Source: an uncultured delta proteobacterium (GTDB lineage: Bacteria; Myxococcota; Myxococcia; Myxococcales; Anaeromyxobacteraceae). From it: a DNA stretch of 64,000 nt. Of this stretch, positions 46,005 to 55,533 are shown in pieces. A program made the translations under genes and the position numbers. The notes below the pieces were generated by a model, which was not told the origin of the DNA, searched no databases, and worked only from the letters and a program-made list of their open reading frames with translations. Position 1 is the stretch's first letter; each line of letters opens with the position of its first letter. The stretch spans positions 96,001 through 160,000 of the forward strand of contig CAVYBH010000001.1 in NCBI GenBank assembly GCA_963766715.1, in the 5' to 3' direction.

Positions 46005-46607
46005 GTGCTGTTCGGCTCGCCACGGTGGGACGTCCCGGTCTACTGGGCGCTCGATCTCGAGACGGGCGGGCTCGACGCGCGGACCGACCCCATCATCTCG
46101 GTGGGCATGGTGCCGCTCCGCGGCGGCATCATCCGGCTGGGCGAGGCCTTCTCCACCCTGATCCGCCCCGACCCGGGGCGCCCCATCCGGCCCGAGTCGG
46201 TGCGGGCGCACCAGCTGCTGGCCGGCGACCTCCGCAAGGCGCCCCCGCTCGGCGCGGTGCTCCTGGAGGTCGACCGCCGGCTGGCCGACGGCGTGCTCCT
46301 CGTCCACAACCGGGGCATCGACATCCCGTTCCTCAAGGGAGGGCACGCCCGGACCGGCCTCAAGTGGCGAAAGCCCCAGGTGGTGGACACCGTCGACCTG
46401 ATCGTCAAGACCGCCGCGCGCCGCCGGTTCCTGCGCCCGGCCAGCGGGGACGAGATGCCCTCCCTCAACCTCTCCGAGGCGCGCCGCGCCCACGGCCTCC
46501 CCGACTACGAGGCCCACGACGCGCTCATCGACGCGGTGTCGACGGCGGAGCTGTTCCTGGTCCTTCGCCAGGCGCTGGGAGCGAAGACGCTCCGCGACCT
46601 GCGCTGA
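46005..46607 (+). CDS. DEDDh 3'-5' exonuclease (DnaQ-like)
   Basis: ALDLETGG, VHNRGID, VVDT, HDALIDA. Confidence 0.88.
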   Translation: MLFGSPRWDVPVYWALDLETGGLDARTDPIISVGMVPLRGGIIRLGEAFSTLIRPDPGRPIRPESVRAHQLLAGDLRKAPPLGAVLLEVDRRLADGVLLVHNRGIDIPFLKGGHARTGLKWRKPQVVDTVDLIVKTAARRRFLRPASGDEMPSLNLSEARRAHGLPDYEAHDALIDAVSTAELFLVLRQALGAKTLRDLR

Positions 46608-47754
46608 GGAGCGAGGCCGGGAGCGCGAGCAGCGCGGCCAGCGCCAGGAGCTCCGCGCCGCCCGCCCAGGCGAAGAGCGGGCCGACGCCGTGGTACCGGT
46701 CGTAGCCGACCCCGGAGAGCTGGTACCCGACCGCGTTGCCGAGCCCGAAGACCACGGCGGCGAAGATGGCCTGCCCCGTGGCCCGCAGCCGCGACGGCAC
46801 GGCCCGGGACATGGCGTCCATGGCCGCTCCCCAGAACAGGCCGAACGTGAAGGCGTGCAGGAGCTGGAGCGCGACCACCGCCGCCGCCCCGGTCGCGCGG
46901 GAGAGCAGGAACCAGCGAAGCGCGCTCACCGCGAATGAGACGGCCAGGATGGCCCGCAGCGAGAAGCGCCGGGCGATGCGGGGGAAGGCGAGGAGCGCGA
47001 CGACCTCCGCCGCCACGCCCACCGTCATCCCCACGCCGGTGACGCTGGCCGGCATCCCCAGGTCGCGCACGAAGAGGCCGAAGAGGAGGTGGAAGGGCGC
47101 CGTGGCGCCCCAGTGGACGGAGAAGACGACGAGCAGCGCGAGCAGCGGCCCGTGCGCGAGGAGGCCGGCCATCTCCCGGAACCGGGGAGGGTGGGGAGGC
47201 GCCGGCGCCGCCGAGAGGTACCGGGCCACCAGCGCGTAGGCCCCCACGCAGGCGACCACCGCGATCGGCACGAGCGGGTCGCCCGGGCGGTCGCCGCGCC
47301 AGGTGAGGAGGAGGCCCAGCGTCGAGGTGAGGACCGCGAAGCCCACCGATCCGAAGAGCCGGATGCGCGCGTAGGTGGTGGCCGGGTGGTGGGCGGCCCA
47401 CTCCACGGTCACCGAGTCGACGAGGGGGACCACGGCCCGATCGGCGAGCGAGTAGGCGAGCAGCACCGCGCCCACGGCGAGCGGGGTCCGGGCGACCGGC
47501 AAGAGGAGCACCGCCAGGAACGCCCAGGCCGTGGCCATGCCCAGCACCCGGGCCGGGGCCCGGAGCCGGTCGGCCGCCGTGGACCAGGCGATGGCGACGG
47601 GAACGGCGACGAGCGGCCCGATCATCTGGACGGTGCCAATCTGCTCCCCCGTGAACCCGAGCCCGCGCAGGTACGGGGCGAAGTAGGGGAGGAGGGTCCC
47701 GACGCCGCCGTAGTAGGCGAAGTAGAAGAGGCGAAGTCGCGTGGCGGGGGACAT
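46525..47754 (-). CDS. MFS transporter (MFS_1-like / HcaT-like); 3' end uncertain
   Basis: FYFAYY..LPYF, YARIRLFGSVGF, QLLHAFTFG, ATGQA; about 12 TMs; 3' end overlaps exonuclease. Confidence 0.85.
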   Translation of the reverse strand: MSPATRLRLFYFAYYGGVGTLLPYFAPYLRGLGFTGEQIGTVQMIGPLVAVPVAIAWSTAADRLRAPARVLGMATAWAFLAVLLLPVARTPLAVGAVLLAYSLADRAVVPLVDSVTVEWAAHHPATTYARIRLFGSVGFAVLTSTLGLLLTWRGDRPGDPLVPIAVVACVGAYALVARYLSAAPAPPHPPRFREMAGLLAHGPLLALLVVFSVHWGATAPFHLLFGLFVRDLGMPASVTGVGMTVGVAAEVVALLAFPRIARRFSLRAILAVSFAVSALRWFLLSRATGAAAVVALQLLHAFTFGLFWGAAMDAMSRAVPSRLRATGQAIFAAVVFGLGNAVGYQLSGVGYDRYHGVGPLFAWAGGAELLALAALLALPASLLSAGRGASSLPAPGEGPGTAPPSTPRR

Positions 47755-47773
47755 CGGCTAGACTCGCTCTACC

Positions 47774-48805
47774 ATGGACGACGTCGTCGGGATGGTGCTG
47801 GCTGCTGGATTCGGCACGCGCCTGCGGCCGCTCACCGACGTCCTTCCGAAGCCTGCGGTCCCGGTGGGCGGGCTCCCGCTCCTCCAGTTCGCCCTGGCGC
47901 GGCTGCGCGCGGCGGGGGCGGCCCGCGCGGTGGTGAACGCGCACCACCTTCCGGACGAGCTGGCGCGGGTGGCGGGCGAGGCGTCCCGCGGGGCCGGTGT
48001 GGCGGTCTCGATCTCCCGCGAGCCGGCCATCGCCGGGACCGGCGGGGCGCTCCGGGAGGCGAGGTCGCTGCTCGGCCGGGCCCGCGCCTTCGTCCTCTGG
48101 AACGGCGACGTCCTCTTCGACCTCGACCTGGCGGCGGTGGTCTCCGATCACCGGGCGAGCGGCGCGCTCGCCACGATGGTGCTCGCGCCCATGCCGCCCG
48201 GCGCCACCTACGCGACGGTCGACGTCGATCGGTCCATGGCGGTCCGGCGCATCGCGGGGCACGGTCCGGGCGGCGAGGGGCTCACCCCGCTCCACTTCAC
48301 CGGCGTGCACGTCCTCTCGCCCGCCCTCCTCGACCGCGTCCCGGCGGCGCCCTTCGCCTGCGACGTGAACCGGCACGTCTATCCGCCGCTCCTCGAGCGC
48401 GGCGAGGTCCGGGCCGTGGTGGCCGGCGGCTACTGGAACGACCTGGGAACGCCGGCGCGGTACCTCCAGGCGAACCTGGACCTGCTCTCCGGCGCGCCGG
48501 TGGCGCTGCCCGGCGCCGATCCCCTCGCCCCGCTTCGCGCCGCGCCTCACCGGGTGTGGATCGCCCCGGATGCCGAGGTGGAGCCGGGAGCGGAGATCCT
48601 GGGGCCGGCGCTGGTCGGCCCCGGCGCCCGGATCGAGGCGGGGGGACGGGTGGGTCCCGGCGCGGTGGTGGGGCGCGGGTGCCGGGTGCCCGACGGGGCG
48701 GCGGTCGAGCGGGCCGTCCTCTGGCCGGGCACGGTGCTCCGGCCCGGCGAGCGCGTCCTGGGCGCGGTGGCGGCGGGCGACCTCCGGGTCCTTGCGGAGG
48801 GTTAG
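47774..48805 (+). CDS. Sugar-phosphate nucleotidyltransferase (MurU-like) with hexapeptide-repeat tail
   Basis: LAAGFGTRLRPLT..PKP, GTGG, WNGD, WNDLGT; LbH-like C-terminus. Confidence 0.85.
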   Translation: MDDVVGMVLAAGFGTRLRPLTDVLPKPAVPVGGLPLLQFALARLRAAGAARAVVNAHHLPDELARVAGEASRGAGVAVSISREPAIAGTGGALREARSLLGRARAFVLWNGDVLFDLDLAAVVSDHRASGALATMVLAPMPPGATYATVDVDRSMAVRRIAGHGPGGEGLTPLHFTGVHVLSPALLDRVPAAPFACDVNRHVYPPLLERGEVRAVVAGGYWNDLGTPARYLQANLDLLSGAPVALPGADPLAPLRAAPHRVWIAPDAEVEPGAEILGPALVGPGARIEAGGRVGPGAVVGRGCRVPDGAAVERAVLWPGTVLRPGERVLGAVAAGDLRVLAEG

Positions 48806-48862
48806 CGGCGGGCGAGCGGCGGTCCAGCGGAGGGCCAACGGTCGCGCTGCGGCGCGACCCGC

Positions 48863-49603
48863 TCAGAGCTCGGCGACCTGCACCAGGATCGACGTCACGT
48901 TGTCGGCGCCTCCCGCATCCAGGGCGGCATCGAGGAGCAGCTGGTTCGCCCGGAGGATCTCGGCGCCCTCCTCCCGGAGGATCGCGGCCATCCGATCGTC
49001 GGGGAGCATCCCGAAGAGGCCGTCGCAGCAGAGGAGCAGGACGTCCCCCTGCCGGATCTCCACGCGCGACAGCTCCACCTCCACCTCCGGCCGCATCCCC
49101 ACGGCCCGGACGATCACGTTCTTGTGGGGGAAGGCGTCGATCTCGGCCTCGCTGGGATGGGCCTGCCGGATGAAGTCCTGGAGGAGGGAGTGGTCCTCGG
49201 TGAGCCGGCGGAGCTCGCCGTCCCGGAACAGGTAGGCCCGGCTGTCGCCCACGTGCGCCACGTGGAGCGGGCCGCCCTCGGCGAAGAACCCGGCCACGAG
49301 CGTGGTGCCCATTCCCGCGAGCGCGGGCTCGGCGCGGCCGCGGCCGTGGATCGCCCGGTTCGCGTTCTTCACGGCGGCGGCGAGACGCTCCTCGGGAGGG
49401 GGCCCCGCGGCCTCCCCCTCGGTGGCGCGGAAGTGGGCGGCCAGCTCGTCGATCGCCATCCGGCTCGCGACCTCCCCCGAGGCGTGGCCGCCGAGCCCGT
49501 CGGCGACGCAGAAGAGGCCGCACTCCGGCATCACGAGGAAGGCGTCCTCGTTGTGGCTCCGCTTGAGGCCGACGTCGGTGGCGCCGATGGCGGCGAGGCG
49601 CAT
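48863..49603 (-). CDS. PP2C/Stp1-family Ser/Thr phosphatase
   Basis: TDVGLKRSHNED, VADGLGGH, MGTT, HVGDSRAY, DHS, CCDGL, GGADNVT. Confidence 0.93.
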   Translation of the reverse strand: MRLAAIGATDVGLKRSHNEDAFLVMPECGLFCVADGLGGHASGEVASRMAIDELAAHFRATEGEAAGPPPEERLAAAVKNANRAIHGRGRAEPALAGMGTTLVAGFFAEGGPLHVAHVGDSRAYLFRDGELRRLTEDHSLLQDFIRQAHPSEAEIDAFPHKNVIVRAVGMRPEVEVELSRVEIRQGDVLLLCCDGLFGMLPDDRMAAILREEGAEILRANQLLLDAALDAGGADNVTSILVQVAEL

Positions 49604-49609
49604 GGATCG

Positions 49610-49638
49610 ACACTAGAGTGCAGCCCTCCACCGGTCAA
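49610..49638 (-). promoter_or_regulatory. Sigma70-type promoter giving a probably leaderless PP2C mRNA
   Basis: TTGACC (49638-49633), 17 nt, TAGTGT (49615-49610), 6 nt, ATG. Confidence 0.6.
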
Positions 49639-49654
49639 AGGATACGCTCGGCCC

Positions 49655-50140
49655 ATGTCCGACCTCTCGCCGCCCGTCCCGCCCCTCCACGTCGTCCTGG
49701 TGGCCCCGCAGATCCCGCCCAACACGGGCAACGCGGCCCGGACCTGCGCGGTGACCGGAACCCGGCTCCACCTCGTCCAGCCCATCGGCTTCTCGCTCGC
49801 CGAGAAGGACCTGCGCCGGGCCGGGCTCGACTACTGGGACGACGTGGCGCCGGAGATCCACGGCAGCTGGGCCGAGTTCGAGGCCCGGCACGTGCGCGGG
49901 GAGCCGGGCCGGCTCCACCTCTTCAGCGCGCGGGCCGGGCAGACCCTCTTCGACGTTCGCTTCGCTCCCGGGGACTTCCTGGTCTTCGGGCAGGAGCAGC
50001 TCGGGCTGCCGCCGGCCTTGCTCTCCGCCTGGCCCGAACGGGCGGTATCCATCCCCATGCTGCCCGGAAAGCGCAGCCTCAACCTGGCGGTGTCTGTGGG
50101 TGTGGGTGTGTACGGCGCACTTCGATCGCTGTCGGAGTAA
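49655..50140 (+). CDS. trmL: tRNA (cytidine34-2'-O)-methyltransferase
   Basis: PQIPPNTGN, RRAGLDYW, VFGQE..GLP, IPM..RSLNL. Confidence 0.92.
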   Translation: MSDLSPPVPPLHVVLVAPQIPPNTGNAARTCAVTGTRLHLVQPIGFSLAEKDLRRAGLDYWDDVAPEIHGSWAEFEARHVRGEPGRLHLFSARAGQTLFDVRFAPGDFLVFGQEQLGLPPALLSAWPERAVSIPMLPGKRSLNLAVSVGVGVYGALRSLSE

Positions 50141-50149
50141 GATTCCCAA

Positions 50150-51827
50150 ATGTCCTTCCTCCGCGAGCCGGGAGATCTCTCGCGGACGCCGCTCGCCGCC
50201 ATCCTGCTCGAGGCCTGGAACCTCCGCCTCGGGGGGGAGCTGACGGTGCGCCAGGCGGGCGGCGACTCGCGCCTCTACTTCCGGGACGGCGTGCCGGTGG
50301 GCGCCCAGACCTTCGCCGGCTTCCACCCGCTCGGCCAGATCCTCCTCGCGCAGGGCGCGATCGACATCGAGACCCTGGGGCGCTCGCTCGCCGAGATGGC
50401 CCGCACCGGGCGGAAGCAGGGCGAGGTCCTCGTGGAGATGGGCGCGGCCCGCCAGGACGTGATCGACCGCGCCCTCGAATCGCAGCAGGCGGCCTACGTG
50501 TCGCTCATCGCCGGGCTGGGCGACGGCGCCTTCCAGTTCGATCCCGAGGCGCCGGTTCCCGACTGGGCGGGGCGCGTGCTGGTCGCGCCGCTCCGGGCGG
50601 TGGTCGACGCGCTGGCGTCCCCGCAGGCCGCCTCGCTCGTCCAGTCCGCGCTCGCCGGGGCCCCGGGCGCCGTCGCCCTCGGTTCGGGCTACGCCGACCT
50701 CGAGGCGTCCTTCTCCTGGACGGAGCCCGAGGCGGCCGCGGTGCGGAAGCTCGCCGCCGCCGCCACCGCGAAGGACGTCCTCTCCTCGCCCGGCCTCACG
50801 CGGGAGCAGGGCCGGGCGCTGCTCTCCGCGCTCCTCCTCCTCGGGCTGGCGGAGCCGGCCGGCGACGTCGTGGAGATCGCCTCGCTGGGCGCCTCGCCCG
50901 GCGGGACGACCATCGCCTCGGCGCCGCCCGTTCCGGTCGAGCCCCAGGAGCCGGGGCGCCGCAGCGACCCCGAGGTGGCCCGGGCCCGCAGGCAGCGGCT
51001 GCTCGCCCGGGCGATGCAGAACATGGGCGTGGGCCCGTTCTCGGCCGGCCCGAGGGCGGCGGCCCCGGCCGGCGCGGCCCCGGTCGCGGGCTCCCCTCCG
51101 CAGCCGGCCGCTCCCACCCCCGCCGAGCGGGAGATCCGCCGCGCCCTCGAGGCGGCCCTGCCGCTCGCCCGCGACCCCGATCTCTTCGCGCGGCTGGGGC
51201 TGCCGCGCGGGGCCGGGCATCGACGACGTGAAGGGCGCCTACCTCAAGCTGGTGAAGCAGTTCCATCCCGACCGCTACGGGTCCCCGGCTCTCGCCGACC
51301 TCCAGGGCGGGCTGCGCGACGTGCTCTCGTCGCTGAACGAGGCCTACGCCACGCTCTCCGACCGGGTGCGGCGCACCGACTACCTGGCCCGGAGCGCCTC
51401 GGGCGGGAGGGCCGCGACCGAGGCGGCCGCCGCCGCGGGGCGAGCCGACTTCCAGAAGGGAGAGGCCGCCCGCCGCACCGGCGACCACGCGCGCGCCCGG
51501 CTCTTCTTCGAGGCGGCGGTCCGCAGCGACCGCCGGGCCGACTACCTCGTCTCGCTGGCCAGCGAGACGCTCCTCTCCGGAAGGAAGGAGGACCGGGACC
51601 GCGCCCGGCGCCATCTCGAGGAGGCCATGAAGGATCCGACCTGCTCCCGGGCGTTCCAGGTCGCCGGGATCATGGCCCGGGAGGACGGCGACGCCGACGG
51701 GGCGGAGAAGCTCCTGCGCGCGGCGCTCAAGGCCGACCCGCGCAACGAGGAGGCGGCCCGCGAGCTGCACCAGATCCAGGGCAGGCGGCTCAGCCGCGCC
51801 GAGGCGCGGGCGGACGCGAAGAAGTGA
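50150..51827 (+). CDS. DUF4388-like + J-domain + TPR protein (frameshift near 51220)
   Basis: GDLSRTPL..GELTV..LYFRDG N-terminus; LFARLGL / VKGAYLKLVKQFHPD...LNEAY (HPD intact); TPR-like tail. Confidence 0.78.
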
Positions 51828-52907
51828 CCGCGCTCCGGCAAGACGGGAAGGCGGCGACCGGACCCTTCCTGGTGGAGGGGGCGCGAAAGCTGGACGAGTG
51901 GACGCGCCTCGCCGCGCGCCTGCCCGACCTCGAGGCGGTGGTCCGGGTCGACGCCGGGCTCCTCTCCCGGCGGCTCGATTCCCTCCCCGACGAGGCGAAC
52001 GGGCTCCTTCGGCTCGTCGACGGGCGGCGCACCCTGCGCGCCGTGATCGAGGAGTCGGGGCGGCCGGAGATCGAGGCCGCCGCGCTGCTCGTGCCCCTTC
52101 ACGAGGACGGCATCCTGGTCGTCGCGCCGGTGCAGCGAGCTCCCGTCTCCCCGGGGAACGCCGGGGCCGGAAGGGGTCGAGTGGTTCGCCGACCCGGCCG
52201 AGGCGCGGCGGGCGGCCCTCGCCGTGGGAACCGCCATCCCCGTCCCGGAACGGGTCCGCGGCCCGGAGCCCGTGCGCCACAGCCAGGCGCCGGCCTGGGT
52301 CGTCGGCGCGGTCCTCGTGCTCGCCGCGGCGATCCTCCTCGGGCCCGAATGGGCGCGCCGGCAGAGGTCCGCGGTCGCCGATCCGGGCGCGCCGTCCGGC
52401 CAGGCCGCCGAGGCCCAGCCGGCGGCCGCTCCGTCGCCGCCGGCGCTCGCGATCACGGAGCCGGCTCCCGCCGGGACCGTCCGTCCGCCCGAGGCCGAGC
52501 CCCAGCCGCCTCCGCGGCCCCAGGGCCGGCCGGCCGCTCCGCCCCTGCCTCCCGCCTATTCGGAGGCCATGGCGGCCGGGGAGGCGAGCTACCGCGCCGG
52601 AGACTTCCCCGCCGCCGTCGCCTCCTTCGAGCGCGCGGTCCGCTTCCGGGAGACGAGCCAGGCCCAGGCCGCGCTGGGCCGGGCGCTCTCCGACGCCGGG
52701 AGGCCACGGGAGGCGCTCCCGGCCCTCCTGCGCGCCACGGCGCTCGACGCGTCGAACGGCGCCGCGTGGCTGGCGCTCGGAGAGGTCCAGCTGACCGGCG
52801 GCGACTCCGCCGGCGCACGCGCCTCGTACGAGCGCTACCTGGCCGTCGACCCGGCCGGGCGGCACGCCGAAGAGGTGCGGGCGGTGCTGGCGCGCTTGCG
52901 TCCCTGA
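51824..52907 (+). CDS. Membrane-anchored TPR protein with DUF4388-associated N-domain (frameshift near 52170)
   Basis: EGARKLDEW...LPDEANGLLRLVDGRRTL; TM WVVGAVLVLAAAILL; Pro/Ala linker; TPRs ending YERYLAVDPAG. Confidence 0.68.
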
Positions 52908-52932
52908 GCGGGCCGGGTAGAAAGTCCCCCCC

Positions 52933-53952
52933 GTGAAGGTCCTGGGCATCGAGACGAGCTGTGACGAGACCGCCGCCGCCGTGGTGGAGGACGGCCGGCG
53001 TGCGCTCTCCGACGTCGTCTCCACCCAGATCGAGATCCATCGCCGCTGGGGCGGCGTGGTCCCGGAGCTGGCCAGCCGCAACCACGTCGTGCAGGTGATG
53101 CCGGTCGTCGACGAGGCGCTGCGCCTCGCCGGCGTCTCGCCCGCCGACCTCGACGGCATCGCGGTCACGAGCGGACCGGGGCTCGTGGGGGCGCTGCTCG
53201 TCGGGGTCCAGGTGGCGAAGGCGCTCTCGCTGGCGTGGAACCTGCCGCTCGCGCGGGTGAACCACCTCGAGGGGCACCTGCTCGCCACCTTCCTCTCCGA
53301 GGAGGCGCCGGCGTTCCCCTACCTCGGGCTGGTGGTCTCGGGCGGCCACACGTCGCTCTACGTGGCCGAGGGATTCGGGCGCTACCGCCTGCTCGGCCAG
53401 ACCCGCGACGACGCCGCCGGGGAGGCCTTCGACAAGGGGGCGAAGCTGCTCGGGCTGCCCTATCCGGGCGGCGTGGCCATCGACCGGCTGGCCCGGGACG
53501 GCAATCGGCTCGCGGTGAAGTTCCCCAAGGCCATCGTCAAGGGCGGCCCGCTCGAGTTCAGCTTCTCCGGGCTGAAGACGGCGCTGCTCCACCACGTCCG
53601 CAAGCACGGCGTCCCCGAAGGCCCGGCGCTCGCCGACCTGTGCGCCAGCTACCAGGAGGCCATCGTGGGCGCGCTCTCGTCGAAGCTCTTCCGGGCGGCG
53701 CGCGAGCTCCAGCTCGACCGGGTGGTCCTCTCCGGCGGCGTGGCCGCGAACGGCCGGCTGCGCGCCGTGGTGACGGAGCGCGCGGCGGAGTACGAGGGGA
53801 TGCGGGTCTTCCTGCCGTCGCCCCGGCACTGCACCGACAACGCGGCGATGATCGCGGTGGCCGGCACGCAGGCGCTCCTGCGGGGCGAGCGGGCCAGCCC
53901 CGACCTGAACGCCGACCCGGCCTGGCGCCTCGGCCAGCCGCAGGGGGCCTGA
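52933..53952 (+). CDS. tsaD: tRNA N6-adenosine threonylcarbamoyltransferase
   Basis: LGIETSCDET, GGVVPELASRNH, NHLEGH, SGGHT, DDAAGEAFDK, CTDNAAMI. Confidence 0.97.
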   Translation: MKVLGIETSCDETAAAVVEDGRRALSDVVSTQIEIHRRWGGVVPELASRNHVVQVMPVVDEALRLAGVSPADLDGIAVTSGPGLVGALLVGVQVAKALSLAWNLPLARVNHLEGHLLATFLSEEAPAFPYLGLVVSGGHTSLYVAEGFGRYRLLGQTRDDAAGEAFDKGAKLLGLPYPGGVAIDRLARDGNRLAVKFPKAIVKGGPLEFSFSGLKTALLHHVRKHGVPEGPALADLCASYQEAIVGALSSKLFRAARELQLDRVVLSGGVAANGRLRAVVTERAAEYEGMRVFLPSPRHCTDNAAMIAVAGTQALLRGERASPDLNADPAWRLGQPQGA

Positions 53953-53953
53953 C

Positions 53954-54826
53954 GTGCCCCACCCGTCGCCGCGCGTCCTCCTCGACCGCCACGGCCTGCG
54001 GGCCAAGAAGAGCTGGGGCCAGAACTTCCTCGGCGACGAGGCGATCCTCGACGGCATCGCGCGCCTCGCGGTGGAGCGCGCCGGCGAGGTGGTGATCGAG
54101 ATCGGATCCGGGCTCGGCCACCTCACCGAGCGGCTGCTGGCGCACGGGGCGCGGGTGGTGGCGGTGGAGCGCGACCGGGACATGGCCCGCGTGCTGCGCG
54201 GCGAGTTCGGCGACGCCATCCGGCTGGTGGAGGCCGACGCGGCCCGCGCCGACTTCGCGCGGCTGGCCGCGGACGCGCCCGGGGGGGCGCAGCCGGGACG
54301 GGTGGCGGTGGCCGGCAACATCCCCTACCACCTGACCAGCCCCATCCTCTTCTCGCTGCTCGACCAGGCCGACGCGGTGTCGCGCGCCGTGCTGCTCGTC
54401 CAGCGCGAGGTGGCGGAGCGGCTCGCCGCCCGTCCGGGCACGAAGGACTGGGGACTGCTCTCCGTGCTCCTGCAGCAGCGCGGCGAGGTGGAGATCGATC
54501 GCGTCGTCCCGCGCGGCGCCTTCCACCCGCCGCCCCGGGTCGACAGCGCGGTGGTTCGCATCGACCTGCACGGCCGGGAGCCGCGCGCGGCCGACGGGCG
54601 GCGCTTTCGACTATTGGTGAAGGCCGGCTTCGGCCAGCGGCGCAAGACCTTGCGGAACGCGCTGGAGGCCTCGCGCGTGGCGCCGCCGGAGGCGCTCCTG
54701 GCCGCGCTGGTGTCCGCCGGCGTGGACCCGGGGAGGCGCGGCGAGACCCTGACGGTGGACGAGTGGGAATCGCTCGACCGGGCCCTGGGCGCTCCCTCGC
54801 CGGCCGGGAATCCCCAGGAATCCTGA
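53954..54826 (+). CDS. rsmA: 16S rRNA adenine dimethyltransferase KsgA
   Basis: KKSWGQNFL, EIGSGLG, GNIPY, QREVAER, FHPPPRVDS, QRRKTL. Confidence 0.96.
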   Translation: MPHPSPRVLLDRHGLRAKKSWGQNFLGDEAILDGIARLAVERAGEVVIEIGSGLGHLTERLLAHGARVVAVERDRDMARVLRGEFGDAIRLVEADAARADFARLAADAPGGAQPGRVAVAGNIPYHLTSPILFSLLDQADAVSRAVLLVQREVAERLAARPGTKDWGLLSVLLQQRGEVEIDRVVPRGAFHPPPRVDSAVVRIDLHGREPRAADGRRFRLLVKAGFGQRRKTLRNALEASRVAPPEALLAALVSAGVDPGRRGETLTVDEWESLDRALGAPSPAGNPQES

Positions 54827-55068
54827 GGGGTGGGGGTCGCTCCGGCCTGGCCTGGCCGGGGAAGGGGCGGCGCCCCTTCCGGGGTCGGGTGTTTTCCGGA
54901 GGCGATCCCCGGTGCGCGGCCCCCCGCGATCGCCGGTCGTCCTGCCCCGCCCCGACCGGACTCTTTCGCCGCGGGCTGGGGAGTGCTCCCAATATCGAAG
55001 CCGGGGCGGATCGACGACACTCCTTCTCGAGACGAAGCTTCCAACCCGGAGTGAAGGAGAGCGACACC

Positions 55069-55488
55069 ATGACGACCATCAACGGCGGCAGCGCGGTGAA
55101 GGGTGGCTACTACCTCTCGAAGTCCAACTGGGAAATTTCCCCATCCAGCACGACGGCGAGCGGCTCCCCGGCAAGGCGGCCGAGCACTACGTGCAGCTGC
55201 CCACGGCGGCCGTGTTCCTGCTGATGCCGGTCCTCGGCGGCCTGATGGTGGTCTTCCTCCCGTTCATCGGCCTCTACCTGACCGCGAAGGCCGCGCTCGA
55301 GCCCGCTCGTCGGCATGTTCCGCCGCTCGGCCCAGGACCTGGCCGCGACCGTCACCCCCGGCTGGCAGCCCGGCGAGGCGCACTTCACCGGCAAGCGCCA
55401 GGAGGAGAAGGCGGAGGGCGAGATCTCGTCGCAGGCCGCCAAGCTCGAGGAGCTGGCTCGCGAGATCGACGCGAAGCGCAAGGAGTAG
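55069..55488 (+). CDS. Hypothetical membrane protein, paralog A (frameshifts near 55135 and 55305)
   Basis: Stitched: MTTINGGSAVKGGYY...PVLGGLMVVFLPFIG...DLAATVTPGWQPGEAHFTG...LEELAREIDAKRKE; AAGGAG RBS. Confidence 0.78.
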
Positions 55489-55533
55489 GCGGCAAGGAGC
55501 ACGGAGCAAGGAACCAGGAAGAAGGAGGCGGCC

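Noticed and set aside
37406..47773. Mobile element or prophage interpretation of the carboxylate block
   Set aside because: No integrase, transposase, att repeats or phage replication genes recognised
50091..50111. TG-rich repeat
   Set aside because: Encodes VSVGVGV inside trmL
54978..54990. GGGGAGTGCT shared with the pckG upstream region (63606-63615, minus strand)
   Set aside because: One 10-mer match between unrelated genes; cannot be separated from chance
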